Positions 54,878 to 64,000 of a stretch of 64,000 bases of DNA are shown piece by piece. The translations under genes were made by a program, and so were the position numbers. The notes beneath the pieces were generated by a model. It ran no database searches and was not told the DNA's origin. It saw only the letters and a list, made by a program, of their open reading frames with translations. Within the stretch, counting starts at the first letter, position 1; the number at the start of each line of letters is the position of its first letter. Location: positions 6,484 to 70,483 of the forward strand of contig CAIUKQ010000309.1 of the NCBI GenBank assembly GCA_903899705.1, in the 5' to 3' direction. Source of the stretch: an uncultured beta proteobacterium. GTDB lineage: Bacteria; Pseudomonadota; Gammaproteobacteria; Burkholderiales; SG8-39.

Positions 54878-56278
54878 TCAGGTTCCCGAATGTTGCTGCA
54901 GTCTCGCCAGTACGCGTTTGCGTCCGGCCAATGCTAGGACATGCGCCAGGGATGGAGTCTGAGCCAAGCCGAAGACGGCGACGCGCACTGGCATGGCCAG
55001 GGCGGGCATCTTCAGTTTGTGGCGCTTCATGACTTCCTGAATGGCGGCGTTGATGGGGTCGTGGCTCCATTCGGTGAGCGCGGCCAGCGACGATTCAAGA
55101 TCGCGCAGGGCGGGTCGTGACGCGTCGGTCAGGTGCTGCGCAATGAGCGCGGCATCCGCGTGCAGTTCCCGATAGAACATCATGGCCGAGTCCGCGAGCA
55201 GATTCACCGATTCGGCCCGATCCTTCAGCAGTCCGACCACCGCATCCAGTGGCGGGCCGCCGGCGAGAGTCCCGCCTTCGCGCTCGATGCGCGGCGCGAC
55301 CAGTCCTGCGAGGGTGGCGTTGTCCGCGACCTTCAGGTACTGGTGGTTCATCCAGCGCAGTTTTGCAGGATCGAATTGCGCGGGTGAGCGGCTGACGTGC
55401 TTCAGGTCGAACCATTCAACCAGCTGTTCGCGTGAAAACAGTTCCGCGTCGCCGTGCGACCAACCCAGGCGCGCCAGGTAATTCACCATGGCATCGGGCA
55501 GGAGTCCTTCTTCTGGATATTGCATCACGCTGACGGCACCATGACGCTTTGACAGGCGTTCGCCATCCGCACCCAGGATCATCGGCACATGGGCAAAGCG
55601 GGGCAATTGCGCACCCAGTGCCATGATGATGTTGACCTGGCGGGGCGTGTTGTTGACATGATCATCGCCGCGGATGACATCGGTGATGGACATGTCGAGA
55701 TCGTCGACAACCACTCCGAAATTGTAGGTGGGCACACCGTCGGCGCGCAGGATCACCAGGTCATCCAGTTCCGTGTTGGACACCGTGATGGGACCCTTGA
55801 TCAGGTCGTTGAACGTCACCTCGCCCGAGTCGGGATTGCGAAAGCGGAGCACCGGCTGTGCGCCCGGCGGCGGTGTCAGGCCATTCGCCTTCACGTTTTC
55901 CGGACGCCAGCGGCCGTCATAGCGCGGCTTCTCGCCGCGTGCGCGCTGCGCCTCGCGCATGGCATCCAGTTCCTCGCGCGTCGCATAGCAGGGATAGGCG
56001 TGCCCGTCGCGGATCAGCTGGTCGGCGACCTCGCGATAACGCTCGAGACGCTTCATCTGGTAGAAGGGGCCCTCGTCGCAATCGAGCCCCAGCCACTTCA
56101 TGCCATCGAGGATGGCCTGCACCGAGGCTTCTGTTGAGCGCTCAAGATCCGTGTCCTCGATGCGAAGGATGAATTTCCCGCCGTGCTTCCTCGCGTAGGC
56201 CCAGCTATAGAGCGCCGTGCGCGCGCCGCCAAGATGCAGGTAACCGGTGGGGCTGGGGGCGAATCGGGTTCGGATCAT
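54878..56278 (-). CDS. gltX: glutamate--tRNA ligase
   Basis: 466 aa. [21 protein letters not shown] (HIGH region), KLSKRHG-like (RLSKRHG). Confidence 0.96.
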   Translation of the reverse strand: MIRTRFAPSPTGYLHLGGARTALYSWAYARKHGGKFILRIEDTDLERSTEASVQAILDGMKWLGLDCDEGPFYQMKRLERYREVADQLIRDGHAYPCYATREELDAMREAQRARGEKPRYDGRWRPENVKANGLTPPPGAQPVLRFRNPDSGEVTFNDLIKGPITVSNTELDDLVILRADGVPTYNFGVVVDDLDMSITDVIRGDDHVNNTPRQVNIIMALGAQLPRFAHVPMILGADGERLSKRHGAVSVMQYPEEGLLPDAMVNYLARLGWSHGDAELFSREQLVEWFDLKHVSRSPAQFDPAKLRWMNHQYLKVADNATLAGLVAPRIEREGGTLAGGPPLDAVVGLLKDRAESVNLLADSAMMFYRELHADAALIAQHLTDASRPALRDLESSLAALTEWSHDPINAAIQEVMKRHKLKMPALAMPVRVAVFGLAQTPSLAHVLALAGRKRVLARLQQHSGT

Positions 56279-56364
56279 TACGAATTTTCCAGACGGATCA
56301 TGGTGTGGCTTTCAGAGAAGCGCGCATTTTACGTGATGGCGAGCGTGGGTTTGCCGCGTTTCAG

Positions 56365-58359
56365 TCACAACAGCCCATGCCTCAGGTTGCGTAGGGCAAA
56401 CCGGCCCGGGTCGATGGCGGCGGCGAGATCGCTTTCCATCGGCAGCGGCTCCCGCTCCAGCAGGCTCGCAAGTAATTCACCCGCCATCGCTGACCAGATG
56501 ATGCCTCGTGAACCGAATCCGGTCGCGCAATAAAGGTCAGGCAAATGCGGCATGTCGGCGAGTTGGGCGCCGGTGAGGGTAATCCGGTTGTTTTTCGCAG
56601 CCTCGAGATCGGGCACCCTGCCCACCAGGGGCATCCGGTCGCGTGCCACGGCTCGAAAGGCCGATTCGCCGCACAGTGCGTCAGGCGATGACGGACATTC
56701 AAAGTCCGGCAGCAGATGCTGGAGCCGGACAAGATTTGCAGAATTCGCATCGTCCGGCGGCAGGAGAGGCTGGTTTTCGGGTTCATAGGTACTGCCGGTC
56801 AGCATCATTCCCTCCCTTGGCGGGATGACGTAGCCCATGCCGGTGACAACGATGGAGGGGACGTGGCCGCCACGTTGCGGCACGAGACTGACCTGCCCCC
56901 GGATGCGCCGCAGCGGCGTGCCGACATCGACGAGATCCTGCATGTCAGCCGCATTGGCCAGGATGGCCACCGGCGCTTTTGCAATAAGGCTGCCATCCTG
57001 CGCGAGTGCGTGCCAATCATTGCCGCGGCGCTCCAGCCGTCGAACGGGATTGCCGAATTGCATAGTGAGTTGGCGTTCTGCCTTGTCGAGTTCGGCGCGG
57101 ACGAGGCTCGATGCGCGCAACCATCCGGCGCCTTCGAACCACCAGCCGCCGGATGCAACCCGGCACTTCGCCATGACGCCGGCTTCCGCGGCATCGACAG
57201 TGCGCGCATACCCAACGGGATACGCCAGCGAGGCCAGTGTGCGGACCATGGCCTCTTCCTCGCTGATCCGGTGCGGCAGCTGCAGCACGCCACAGCGCGA
57301 CCACTCGATGCGGTGGCCGGATTTTCCCAGCGAGGTCCAGCGTGACATTCCCATTAGATACGCATTGCGCGAAAGGCGCGACAACACACAATCATCCGGT
57401 GACACATGTGGATGAAAGATTCCCGCACTGAGTCCCGAGGCGCCCATCGCAGGTGCCGGCGACGCTTCAATCAGTGTCAGCCGCCAGCCGCGCGATGCGA
57501 GGCGTTCGCAGATGGCGGCACCTGCAAGGCCGGCGCCGACCACCAGCGCATGTTTGTCACCAGCCGGCGCACCGGCGTATGCCGAACCCTGCCGGCGCCA
57601 GCGCGGCGCAAAGCGGGCGCCGATCATCTCGCGCTTGTGGCCAAAACCTGGACGTTTGTCGCAGAGGAATCCTTCCGATTCGAGGGCGCGCCGCACCGCG
57701 GCGGCACTGGTATAGGTGGCCAGTGTTGTGCCGGTTCGCGCCTTGCGGGCAATGGCCTTGATGAGCGTCGGTGTCCACATGCCGGGATTGGAGGCCGGCG
57801 AGAAACCATCGAGGTATATGGCATCCGGTTGTACGGCGAGTTTCGGCAGAATTTCGTTCGCATCCCCGAAGGCCAGGGTCAAAAGGACACGGCCGTCTGC
57901 CAGCGAAATACGGTGGATGCCGGCCACCAGAACCGGCCATTTTTCGCGCAGTTCCGCGGACAAGGGCGCAAACTCCCCGTATCGCCCGTGAAGGCTCGAA
58001 AGCGACTCCGTCGTGAAGGGATGCTTTTCCACCGAAACGTAATTCAGCCGGGCGCTGCGATCGGGATCGTCCCGCCACGCCTGCCAGGTGGCGAGGAAAT
58101 TCAAACCCAGTCCGAAACCGGTTTCAAGGATCGTGAAGTCGTTCAGGCCGTTCCACCTGCCGGGCAGGTGATTGCCGCCCAGGAAGACATGGCGTGCCTG
58201 TCCCGGACCCGAATCGGCGCTGTGATAGATGTCGCCGTAACGCGTTGAATAGGGGACACCGGCGGCGTCAATGGCCAGTGGCGCGGGTTCGATGGGGGAT
58301 ACGGAATTCAAGGGTTTGGAACGTGGATCATGTCGGTGTAAGGGCGGCATGCGAAGCAT
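56365..58359 (-). CDS. mnmC: bifunctional tRNA (mnm5s2U34) methyltransferase / FAD-dependent cmnm5s2U34 oxidoreductase MnmC
   Basis: N-terminal DUF752 methyltransferase (YSTRYGDIYHS, ILETGFGLGLNFL) plus a C-terminal DAO domain (VVGAGLAGAA). Exact start uncertain. Confidence 0.9.
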   Translation of the reverse strand: MLRMPPLHRHDPRSKPLNSVSPIEPAPLAIDAAGVPYSTRYGDIYHSADSGPGQARHVFLGGNHLPGRWNGLNDFTILETGFGLGLNFLATWQAWRDDPDRSARLNYVSVEKHPFTTESLSSLHGRYGEFAPLSAELREKWPVLVAGIHRISLADGRVLLTLAFGDANEILPKLAVQPDAIYLDGFSPASNPGMWTPTLIKAIARKARTGTTLATYTSAAAVRRALESEGFLCDKRPGFGHKREMIGARFAPRWRRQGSAYAGAPAGDKHALVVGAGLAGAAICERLASRGWRLTLIEASPAPAMGASGLSAGIFHPHVSPDDCVLSRLSRNAYLMGMSRWTSLGKSGHRIEWSRCGVLQLPHRISEEEAMVRTLASLAYPVGYARTVDAAEAGVMAKCRVASGGWWFEGAGWLRASSLVRAELDKAERQLTMQFGNPVRRLERRGNDWHALAQDGSLIAKAPVAILANAADMQDLVDVGTPLRRIRGQVSLVPQRGGHVPSIVVTGMGYVIPPREGMMLTGSTYEPENQPLLPPDDANSANLVRLQHLLPDFECPSSPDALCGESAFRAVARDRMPLVGRVPDLEAAKNNRITLTGAQLADMPHLPDLYCATGFGSRGIIWSAMAGELLASLLEREPLPMESDLAAAIDPGRFALRNLRHGLL

Positions 58360-58456
58360 ACCGGTTGCGCGGGCGTCCGCCCGTGGGCCTGCCGCCTATA
58401 ATTCGCCACTTTTGCGCCGCATCGTCGCTGCGGCTCGCGCCCTCTTTCGGAATTTC

Positions 58457-59611
58457 ATGAATCGCACCCTCCTGCTGCTCTCGGTGACCGGCGCTGCAAC
58501 CGGCATGGCGACTCGCGCGGTCGAGCCCATGCTGCCTATGCTCGCAGGGGAGTTCGCGGTAACCGTGCCGGTGATGGCCCATGTCATCACCGTGTTTGCG
58601 CTTTCGTACGGGGTGGGTCAGTTCATCTGCGGGCCTTTGGGTGACCGCTACGGCAAACTGCTGGTCACCACCATCACCCTTGCGCTCTCGTCGCTGATGC
58701 TGCTCGGCTGCGCCACCGCCAGTGATCTCATCCCGCTTGGAGTATGGCGCGCGGCCGCGGGCCTTGCGACCTCCGCCTCGTTTGTGCTGGGCATGGCCTA
58801 CATCGGCGACACCGTTACGGTTGAGCGGAGGCAGACCGTCATTGCGCAGTACGTGATCGGCAATGTGCTGGGCCACGCATTCGGCCCGATGGTTGCGGGC
58901 CTGGTGGCCGACGCCTGGGGTTGGCGTGCAACCTTTGTGTTTCACGGCATCTCCTATGGCCTGATTGCCTGCGCGTTTTTCGCCATCACGCGAACAGAAT
59001 GGCGCGGCGAACGCCGTTCGAAGGGCAGCATCAATCCGATCTCGCGATATGCCGAAGTGTGGAAAATTTCGGCGGCCAGGCATGTCTCGATGGCGGCGAT
59101 GGTGGAGGCGTTTTTCTTTTTCGGCTGCTTCGCATTTGTCGGGCCGATGCTGAAGGACCGGTTCGATCTGCCCCTGACCTTGATCGGCGTGGCGCTGGCC
59201 GGATTCGGTCTGGGCGGGCTCATTTTCAACATGTCCATACGATGGTTTGTGCGCTGGAACAATCCGGCCCTGCAGGCATTGCTCGGGGGATTGCTGTGCG
59301 GATCGATGTACGTGGTGGTGGCGTTGTCGACCGTGTGGCAGTTGTCGGCGCTTTGCATGCTGGGTGTGGGATTCGGCTTCTACATGATGCACAACATCCT
59401 GCAGTTGCGCGGCACCGAGGCCGCACCGCAGTCGCGCGGTGTCGGACTGGCGCTGTTTGGCATCACGTGGACGAGCGGGCAGGGCCTTGGCGTGTTTGCC
59501 ATGGGGGCGGGGATCACGGCGTTCGGATTCACGCCGATGATCGCGGCCTTCGGTGTGTGCTTCGCACTGCTGGGCATCTGGATGCGGGCGAACTATCATC
59601 GCCTGTTGTGA
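58457..59611 (+). CDS. MFS transporter
   Basis: 384 aa, 12 hydrophobic segments. GPLGDRYGK loop motif. ATG 58457 chosen; track start 58271 overlaps mnmC. Confidence 0.85.
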   Translation: MNRTLLLLSVTGAATGMATRAVEPMLPMLAGEFAVTVPVMAHVITVFALSYGVGQFICGPLGDRYGKLLVTTITLALSSLMLLGCATASDLIPLGVWRAAAGLATSASFVLGMAYIGDTVTVERRQTVIAQYVIGNVLGHAFGPMVAGLVADAWGWRATFVFHGISYGLIACAFFAITRTEWRGERRSKGSINPISRYAEVWKISAARHVSMAAMVEAFFFFGCFAFVGPMLKDRFDLPLTLIGVALAGFGLGGLIFNMSIRWFVRWNNPALQALLGGLLCGSMYVVVALSTVWQLSALCMLGVGFGFYMMHNILQLRGTEAAPQSRGVGLALFGITWTSGQGLGVFAMGAGITAFGFTPMIAAFGVCFALLGIWMRANYHRLL

Positions 59612-59650
59612 ATTGTCAGGCGGTGAACGCCTGTTCTGGCAGGGGAGTGA

Positions 59651-61519
59651 ATGATGGGAACCAGGAAAGTTGTTGTACGGAATCGTATCCGGCCGGCCGG
59701 AATGAAAAAGCGCGCGAAAAGCAAAATGCGAACCGGTTCGGCCGATGCGATTCTTACCGAGATCATCCGCAATGGCGTGATGGCGGTGACCGAGGAGATG
59801 AAAATCAACCTCACCCGAACGGCCTACAACCCCATCATCTATGAAGCCCTGGATTTCACCACGGGGCTTTTCACCGCGGAAGGCGAGACGGTATCGATAG
59901 GTCTGGGACTGCCCTCATTCATCCGTGGCATGTCCAACACCATCAAGGCATTTCGCGAGCATTTTGCAAAGCTGGGACCGGGCATCGGCATCGACCCGGA
60001 TGACATCCTGGTCACCAATGACGCCTATACGACGGGCAGCCATCTTTACCACTTCACCTTTGCCAAACCGATCTTTCACGGCGGCAAGCTGTGCGCCTTC
60101 GTGTGCTGCATGGCGCACTGGGCCGAGGTCGGTGGCGTGCTCGGTGGCGTGACCACCGACATCTATTCGGAAGGCCTGCAGATTCCGATCATGAAGTATC
60201 AGAAGCAGGGGGTTATCAACCAGGACCTGATCGCCGTCATCAAGATGAACGTGCGCATTCCCGAGAAAGCCATGGGCGATCTGCGCGCGCAAATCACCGC
60301 GGTGAAATCGGGCGAGCGTCGCTTCATGGAATTGCTGGATCGCTACGGGCGCGAACCGGTGCTCGATGCCATCCGCAACATCATGGACGGCAGCGAAGCC
60401 ATGGCTCGGGCCCGGACCCGCGCGATACCGGACGGCATCTATGAAGCGGAGTCGTACATGGACGATGACGGCGTCGAAACCGGCAAGCGCGTGCCCATCC
60501 GTGTGCGGGTCATAAAGCAGGGCGATGAAATGACCGTGGACCTTTCCCAGATCGGCCCGCAGGTGCGGGGTTTCTACAATTCGGGCCCCAGCACGGGTTA
60601 TGGCTGTGCGCAGGTGGCCTATAAATGCCTGACCTCGCCGCAGGATTATCCGGTGAATGAAGGCAGCCTCCGTCCTGTCAAGGTAATCCTCGGAAATGCC
60701 AGCGTCGTCACTGCCGTGCGTCCCGCGGCCATGCGCGTGTGGATGACCGTACCCATGACCGTGGTCGATACGATTTTCAAAGCCATGGAGAAGGCATTGC
60801 CGCGCCAGACCATTGCGGGCCATTTTGCGGATCTGGTGTCCGGACACATGAGCGGCATCCTGCCCCAAACGGGAAGGCTCTTCGTCGGTTCGCTGGGGCC
60901 GATGGGCGGCGGTTGGGGGGCCAAGTACAACGAAGACGGCATGTGCGCCACGGTTTGCCTGAACGACGGCGACACGCACAATGCGCCTTGCGAGCAGTCT
61001 GAAAACAAGTACCCGATCCTCATCGAGCGTCATGCCTTGCGGCAGGACTCCGGCGGCCCGGGCCGGTTCAGGGGCGGCCTGGGTGCCGAGCGGTCGGTGC
61101 GGGTTCGCACGCCACTTGCACTGAACACCCAGATGGAGCGGGTGCATTGCCGTCCCTGGGGGCTCGCCGGCGGCATGGAAGGCGCGGGCAACGGGTACCG
61201 GCTGAATATTGACGGCAGGGAATTGACCGATTTCCCCAACGGGAAAATGTTTCGCCGCTTCAAAGAGGGGGATGTCTACACCCTGATGTCCGGCGGGGGC
61301 GGCGGTTTTGGTCCGCCGCAGGAGCGGGACCCGCAGCGCGTGGCCCATGACGTGCGTCAGGGTTATGTCTCGGAGAAGATGGCGCGCGAGGCTTATCTCG
61401 TCGTGCTCAATTCTGATGGCACTCTGGATCGTGATGAAACCGGGCGCCTGAGGAGTAGCACGACCGGCACGTCCGTGACGGTAGGACAGAACGACGGCCC
61501 GAAAAGGGAAACGCCATGA
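59651..61519 (+). CDS. hydantoinase B / oxoprolinase family protein (HyuB-like)
   Basis: AILTEIIRNGVMAVTEEM..YNPIIYEALDFTTGLF..TNDAYTTGSHLYH. GGGGAG SD before ATG 59651/59654. The basic N-terminal ~25 aa may or may not be translated. Confidence 0.85.
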   Translation: MMGTRKVVVRNRIRPAGMKKRAKSKMRTGSADAILTEIIRNGVMAVTEEMKINLTRTAYNPIIYEALDFTTGLFTAEGETVSIGLGLPSFIRGMSNTIKAFREHFAKLGPGIGIDPDDILVTNDAYTTGSHLYHFTFAKPIFHGGKLCAFVCCMAHWAEVGGVLGGVTTDIYSEGLQIPIMKYQKQGVINQDLIAVIKMNVRIPEKAMGDLRAQITAVKSGERRFMELLDRYGREPVLDAIRNIMDGSEAMARARTRAIPDGIYEAESYMDDDGVETGKRVPIRVRVIKQGDEMTVDLSQIGPQVRGFYNSGPSTGYGCAQVAYKCLTSPQDYPVNEGSLRPVKVILGNASVVTAVRPAAMRVWMTVPMTVVDTIFKAMEKALPRQTIAGHFADLVSGHMSGILPQTGRLFVGSLGPMGGGWGAKYNEDGMCATVCLNDGDTHNAPCEQSENKYPILIERHALRQDSGGPGRFRGGLGAERSVRVRTPLALNTQMERVHCRPWGLAGGMEGAGNGYRLNIDGRELTDFPNGKMFRRFKEGDVYTLMSGGGGGFGPPQERDPQRVAHDVRQGYVSEKMAREAYLVVLNSDGTLDRDETGRLRSSTTGTSVTVGQNDGPKRETP

Positions 61520-62487
61520 ATCGCGCCCGCGACATCCGGCATTGCTTGTCGGTTTTTCTTTTGCTTGGGCCGACGCTGGCCATATCCCAAGCCTATCCCG
61601 TCAAGCCGATGCGCATGGTCATCCTCTATGCCGCCGGTGGAGCCGCCGACGCGGCAGGACGCATCATCGCCGCCAAACTGGCTGACGGACTGAAACAACC
61701 GGTCATAGTCGAAAACAGGCTGGGTGCGGGAACCACCATTGGCGCGGCTTCAGTGGCGTCCTCTCCACCGGACGGCTACAGCATGCTGATGGCGGGGCTC
61801 ACCGGCCACATTGTCTCGGGCATTCTCTACAAGAATCTGCCCTATGACGCGATCAAGAGTTTCGTGGCAACCGCGCAGATGTCGGAAGCGCCTTTCATTC
61901 TGGTGGTCGGCAGTTCCAGCAAGGTGCGTTCACCGCGGGAACTGGTCGAACTGTCGCGCGCAAATTCCAAGGGCCTGACCTATGGTTCCTCGGGAACCGG
62001 GGCGGGGCCCCATCTAGCAACTGAGATACTGATACGTGCGACCGGCGCGAACTTCATCCATGTGCCTTACAAGGGCAGTGCGCCGGCGATGCAGGCAGTG
62101 CTCGCAGGTGAGGTGGATACCGCGATTTTGGATTTATCCGCGATGAATCAGGTGCAGGCGGGAAAGCTGATCGCGCTGGCGCTGACCACGACACAGCGCT
62201 CGATGCTTGCACCCGGCATTCCGACGCTTGCCGAGACCGGGATCAGCGGGGTTGATGTCACCAGCGGGCAGGGGTTGCTGACCCCGGCAGGAACGCCCCG
62301 GGAGGTCGTTGCAAGAATCAATACCGTGGTGAATCAGGCCCTGAATACCGACGAAGTGAGGAAGGCTTTCATGGCGCGGGGCTTTACGGCTGCGCCGGCG
62401 ACACCGGAGGCGTTTGCGGCTTTTCTGGCATCCGAGATGCAGAAATACTCGGAATTGATCAAACGCCTGAATGTCACGATCGAGTGA
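61516..62487 (+). CDS. Bug-family (TctC-like) substrate-binding protein
   Basis: YPVKPMRMVILYAAGGAADAAGR, SSGTGAGPHL. ATGA overlap with the hyuB-like gene. Confidence 0.88.
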   Translation: MNRARDIRHCLSVFLLLGPTLAISQAYPVKPMRMVILYAAGGAADAAGRIIAAKLADGLKQPVIVENRLGAGTTIGAASVASSPPDGYSMLMAGLTGHIVSGILYKNLPYDAIKSFVATAQMSEAPFILVVGSSSKVRSPRELVELSRANSKGLTYGSSGTGAGPHLATEILIRATGANFIHVPYKGSAPAMQAVLAGEVDTAILDLSAMNQVQAGKLIALALTTTQRSMLAPGIPTLAETGISGVDVTSGQGLLTPAGTPREVVARINTVVNQALNTDEVRKAFMARGFTAAPATPEAFAAFLASEMQKYSELIKRLNVTIE

Positions 62488-62581
62488 TCCCTTTGCCACG
62501 GGATGCCGTGTATCGGTCTGCGTCCGGGTTTCGCCGACCGGGTGGGATCATTGCCGTTCTCTGATCCGTTCCAACATCAAA

Positions 62582-62608
62582 TAATAATCAATAACATATT
62601 GATTATTA
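62582..62608. promoter_or_regulatory. 27-bp near-perfect AT palindrome upstream of kup
   Basis: TAATAATCAATA-aca-TATTGATTATTA: 12-bp perfect arms with a 3-nt centre. The minus strand contains AATCAATATGTTA, matching IHF WATCAANNNNTTR (62592-62604). Confidence 0.5.
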
Positions 62609-62634
62609 ATATAAAAAATGGCATTCCTTTTTTG

Positions 62635-62663
62635 TTGCGACGCAATATCATCCGGCGTATAGT
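62635..62663 (+). promoter_or_regulatory. candidate sigma70 promoter for kup (TTGCGA-N17-TATAGT)
   Basis: Hexamers at 62635-62640 and 62658-62663 with a 17-nt spacer, about 30 nt upstream of ATG 62693. Confidence 0.45.
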
Positions 62664-62692
62664 GCCCTTCTTCGCCGCCCTGGACCGCAGGT

Positions 62693-64000
62693 ATGTCCCA
62701 GGTATCGCCGCCCACCAGCCCACATAGCGCCAAATCCGCCCTCTCATTGCTGACATTGTCGGCGCTGGGTGTGGTCTATGGAGACATTGGCACCAGCCCG
62801 CTGTACGCGTTCAAGGAAGCGTTTGGCCGCGCCGGAGGCCTGCCAATGAATGAGGCCAATGTTCTGGCCATTCTTTCCATGATGTTCTGGTCCATCATGG
62901 TGCTGGTCTCCGTGAAATACGTGATCGTGATGCTGCGCTTCGACAATGAGGGCGAGGGCGGCATCCTCGCCCTGCTTGCGCTGTCCACCCGGCTGACCCG
63001 TAAAAACGTTCGCCTCGCCTGGTTTGCCTCGATCTGCGGGATTTTCGGGGCTTCGCTGTTTTTCGGAGATGCCGTTATTACACCGGCGATATCGGTGCTG
63101 TCCGCCGTCGAAGGGGTGTCGGTGGCAACCCCCGCTCTGGAGCAATGGGTGATTCCGGTGACGGTGGTCGTGATCACCTGCCTCTTCTGGATTCAGAGCC
63201 GAGGAACGGGGGCCGTGGGCAAGGTGTTCGGACCGGTCATGGCGGTCTGGTTCTGCATGCTGGGGCTGCTGGGTGCCTTGTCGATTGCCAAGACTCCGGA
63301 GGTGCTGGGCGCGCTGGATCCAAGCCACGCATTTTTCTTCGTTGTCCAGTATCCCGGATTGTCGTTCGTCATTCTTGGCGCGGTCTTCCTTGCCCTGACG
63401 GGCGGTGAAGCGCTGTACGCGGACATGGGCCATTTCGGCAAACGGCCGATACGCATTGCCTGGTTCAGTCTGGTTTTTCCCGCCCTGACGCTCAATTATC
63501 TGGGGCAGGGCGCGCTGGTGCTGCGAGACCCGGAGGCCATCCGCAATCCGTTTTATCTGCTGGCGCCGGACGATCTGCTTTGGCCCATGGTGATTCTGTC
63601 GACGATGGCGACCGTGATTGCCTCGCAGGCCACCATATCAGGCGCATTCTCGGTTGCACGGCAGGCCACGCGACTGGGCTTTCTGCCGCGCCTGCCTACG
63701 CGCCATACGTCCGAGTCCGAGGAAGGGCAGATCTATATTGCGCAGCTGAACTGGGCCATGCTGATCATTGTCCTTGGCGTGGTGTTTATCTTCAGAAATT
63801 CTTCGGCCATTGCTTCGGCTTACGGCATTGCGGTTGCGGGAACCATGCTGCTCGACACCGTTCTTGTCGCCATCGTCATCTGGTCCACGAAGAGCAGCGG
63901 AAAATTGCCCTGGCTGACCGGGCTTGCGGCGCTTGGCATGCTGGAGCTCACCTTTTTCGCTGCAAACTCCACCAAGTTCATGGAGGGTGGCTGGTTTCCG
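62693..64000 (+). CDS. kup: potassium uptake protein Kup (N-terminal ~435 codons; runs off the right edge)
   Basis: Not in the ORF track (no stop in window). My translation from ATG 62693 gives [46 protein letters not shown]..., the Kup/HAK signature. An in-frame TAG at 62660 bounds the start. Confidence 0.9.
   Translation, partial: [436 protein letters not shown]

Noticed and set aside
62582-62608. Fur-box interpretation of the AT palindrome.
   Set aside because: Alignment to GATAATGATAATCATTATC gives many mismatches, and kup is not an expected Fur target. An IHF-like or unknown dyad-binding protein fits better.
62503-62727. 74-aa plus-strand ORF covering the AT-rich kup upstream region.
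   Set aside because: Its translation (..QHQIIINNILIINIKNGIPFLL..) simply reflects AT-rich non-coding DNA, and it overlaps the kup start in another frame.

Overview
GC-rich chromosomal window, gene content and order typical of a betaproteobacterium (inferred from Bug-family binding proteins and E. coli-like synteny blocks; not verified). It is almost entirely core housekeeping and densely packed, with many 1-4 nt start/stop overlaps (ATGA, GTGA, TGATG). I call about 57 CDS, 3 tRNAs and a set of small regulatory or structural DNA elements. I see no rRNA, CRISPR array, transposase, integrase, phage gene or recognisable defence or toxin-antitoxin system. Main blocks in order: TPR/OGT-like gene coupled to suhB; trmJ-cysE-iscRSUA-hscBA-fdx-iscX; mfd; ispD-ispF-thpR; ompR-envZ plus an orphan Bug binding protein; a small secreted protein plus a DUF1800/DUF1501 pair; a loose redox patch (Rieske oxygenase, TauE/SafE exporter, tartrate-dehydrogenase-like, LLM monooxygenase); tsaB-rimI-UDG; LemA-TPM-TPM; lplT; alr-radA; M20 peptidase, ClpP-fold periplasmic protein, FAH, HpnD-like synthase; tRNA-Leu-tig-clpP-clpX-lon-hupB-tRNA-Val-tRNA-Asp-ppiD; fabI; an atypical peptide-type ABC importer; a 78-aa orphan protein; gltX; mnmC; MFS; a lone hydantoinase-B-like gene plus Bug; kup (partial). 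I cannot point to a convincing new multi-gene system. The most unusual signals are small and non-coding or orphan: three head-to-tail 13-bp repeats at 24229-24267; a promoter-hairpin-SD-18-codon uORF leader in front of lplT; a 27-bp near-perfect AT palindrome upstream of kup, one of three isolated AT-rich islands that each match the IHF consensus; an OmpR-box-like tandem site next to the small secreted protein and DUF1800/DUF1501 operon; a binding protein with both a lipobox and a C-terminal membrane anchor; and a 78-aa orphan protein whose stop codon lies inside a perfect 14-bp stem. All family assignments come from motif recognition by eye; no database search was possible.
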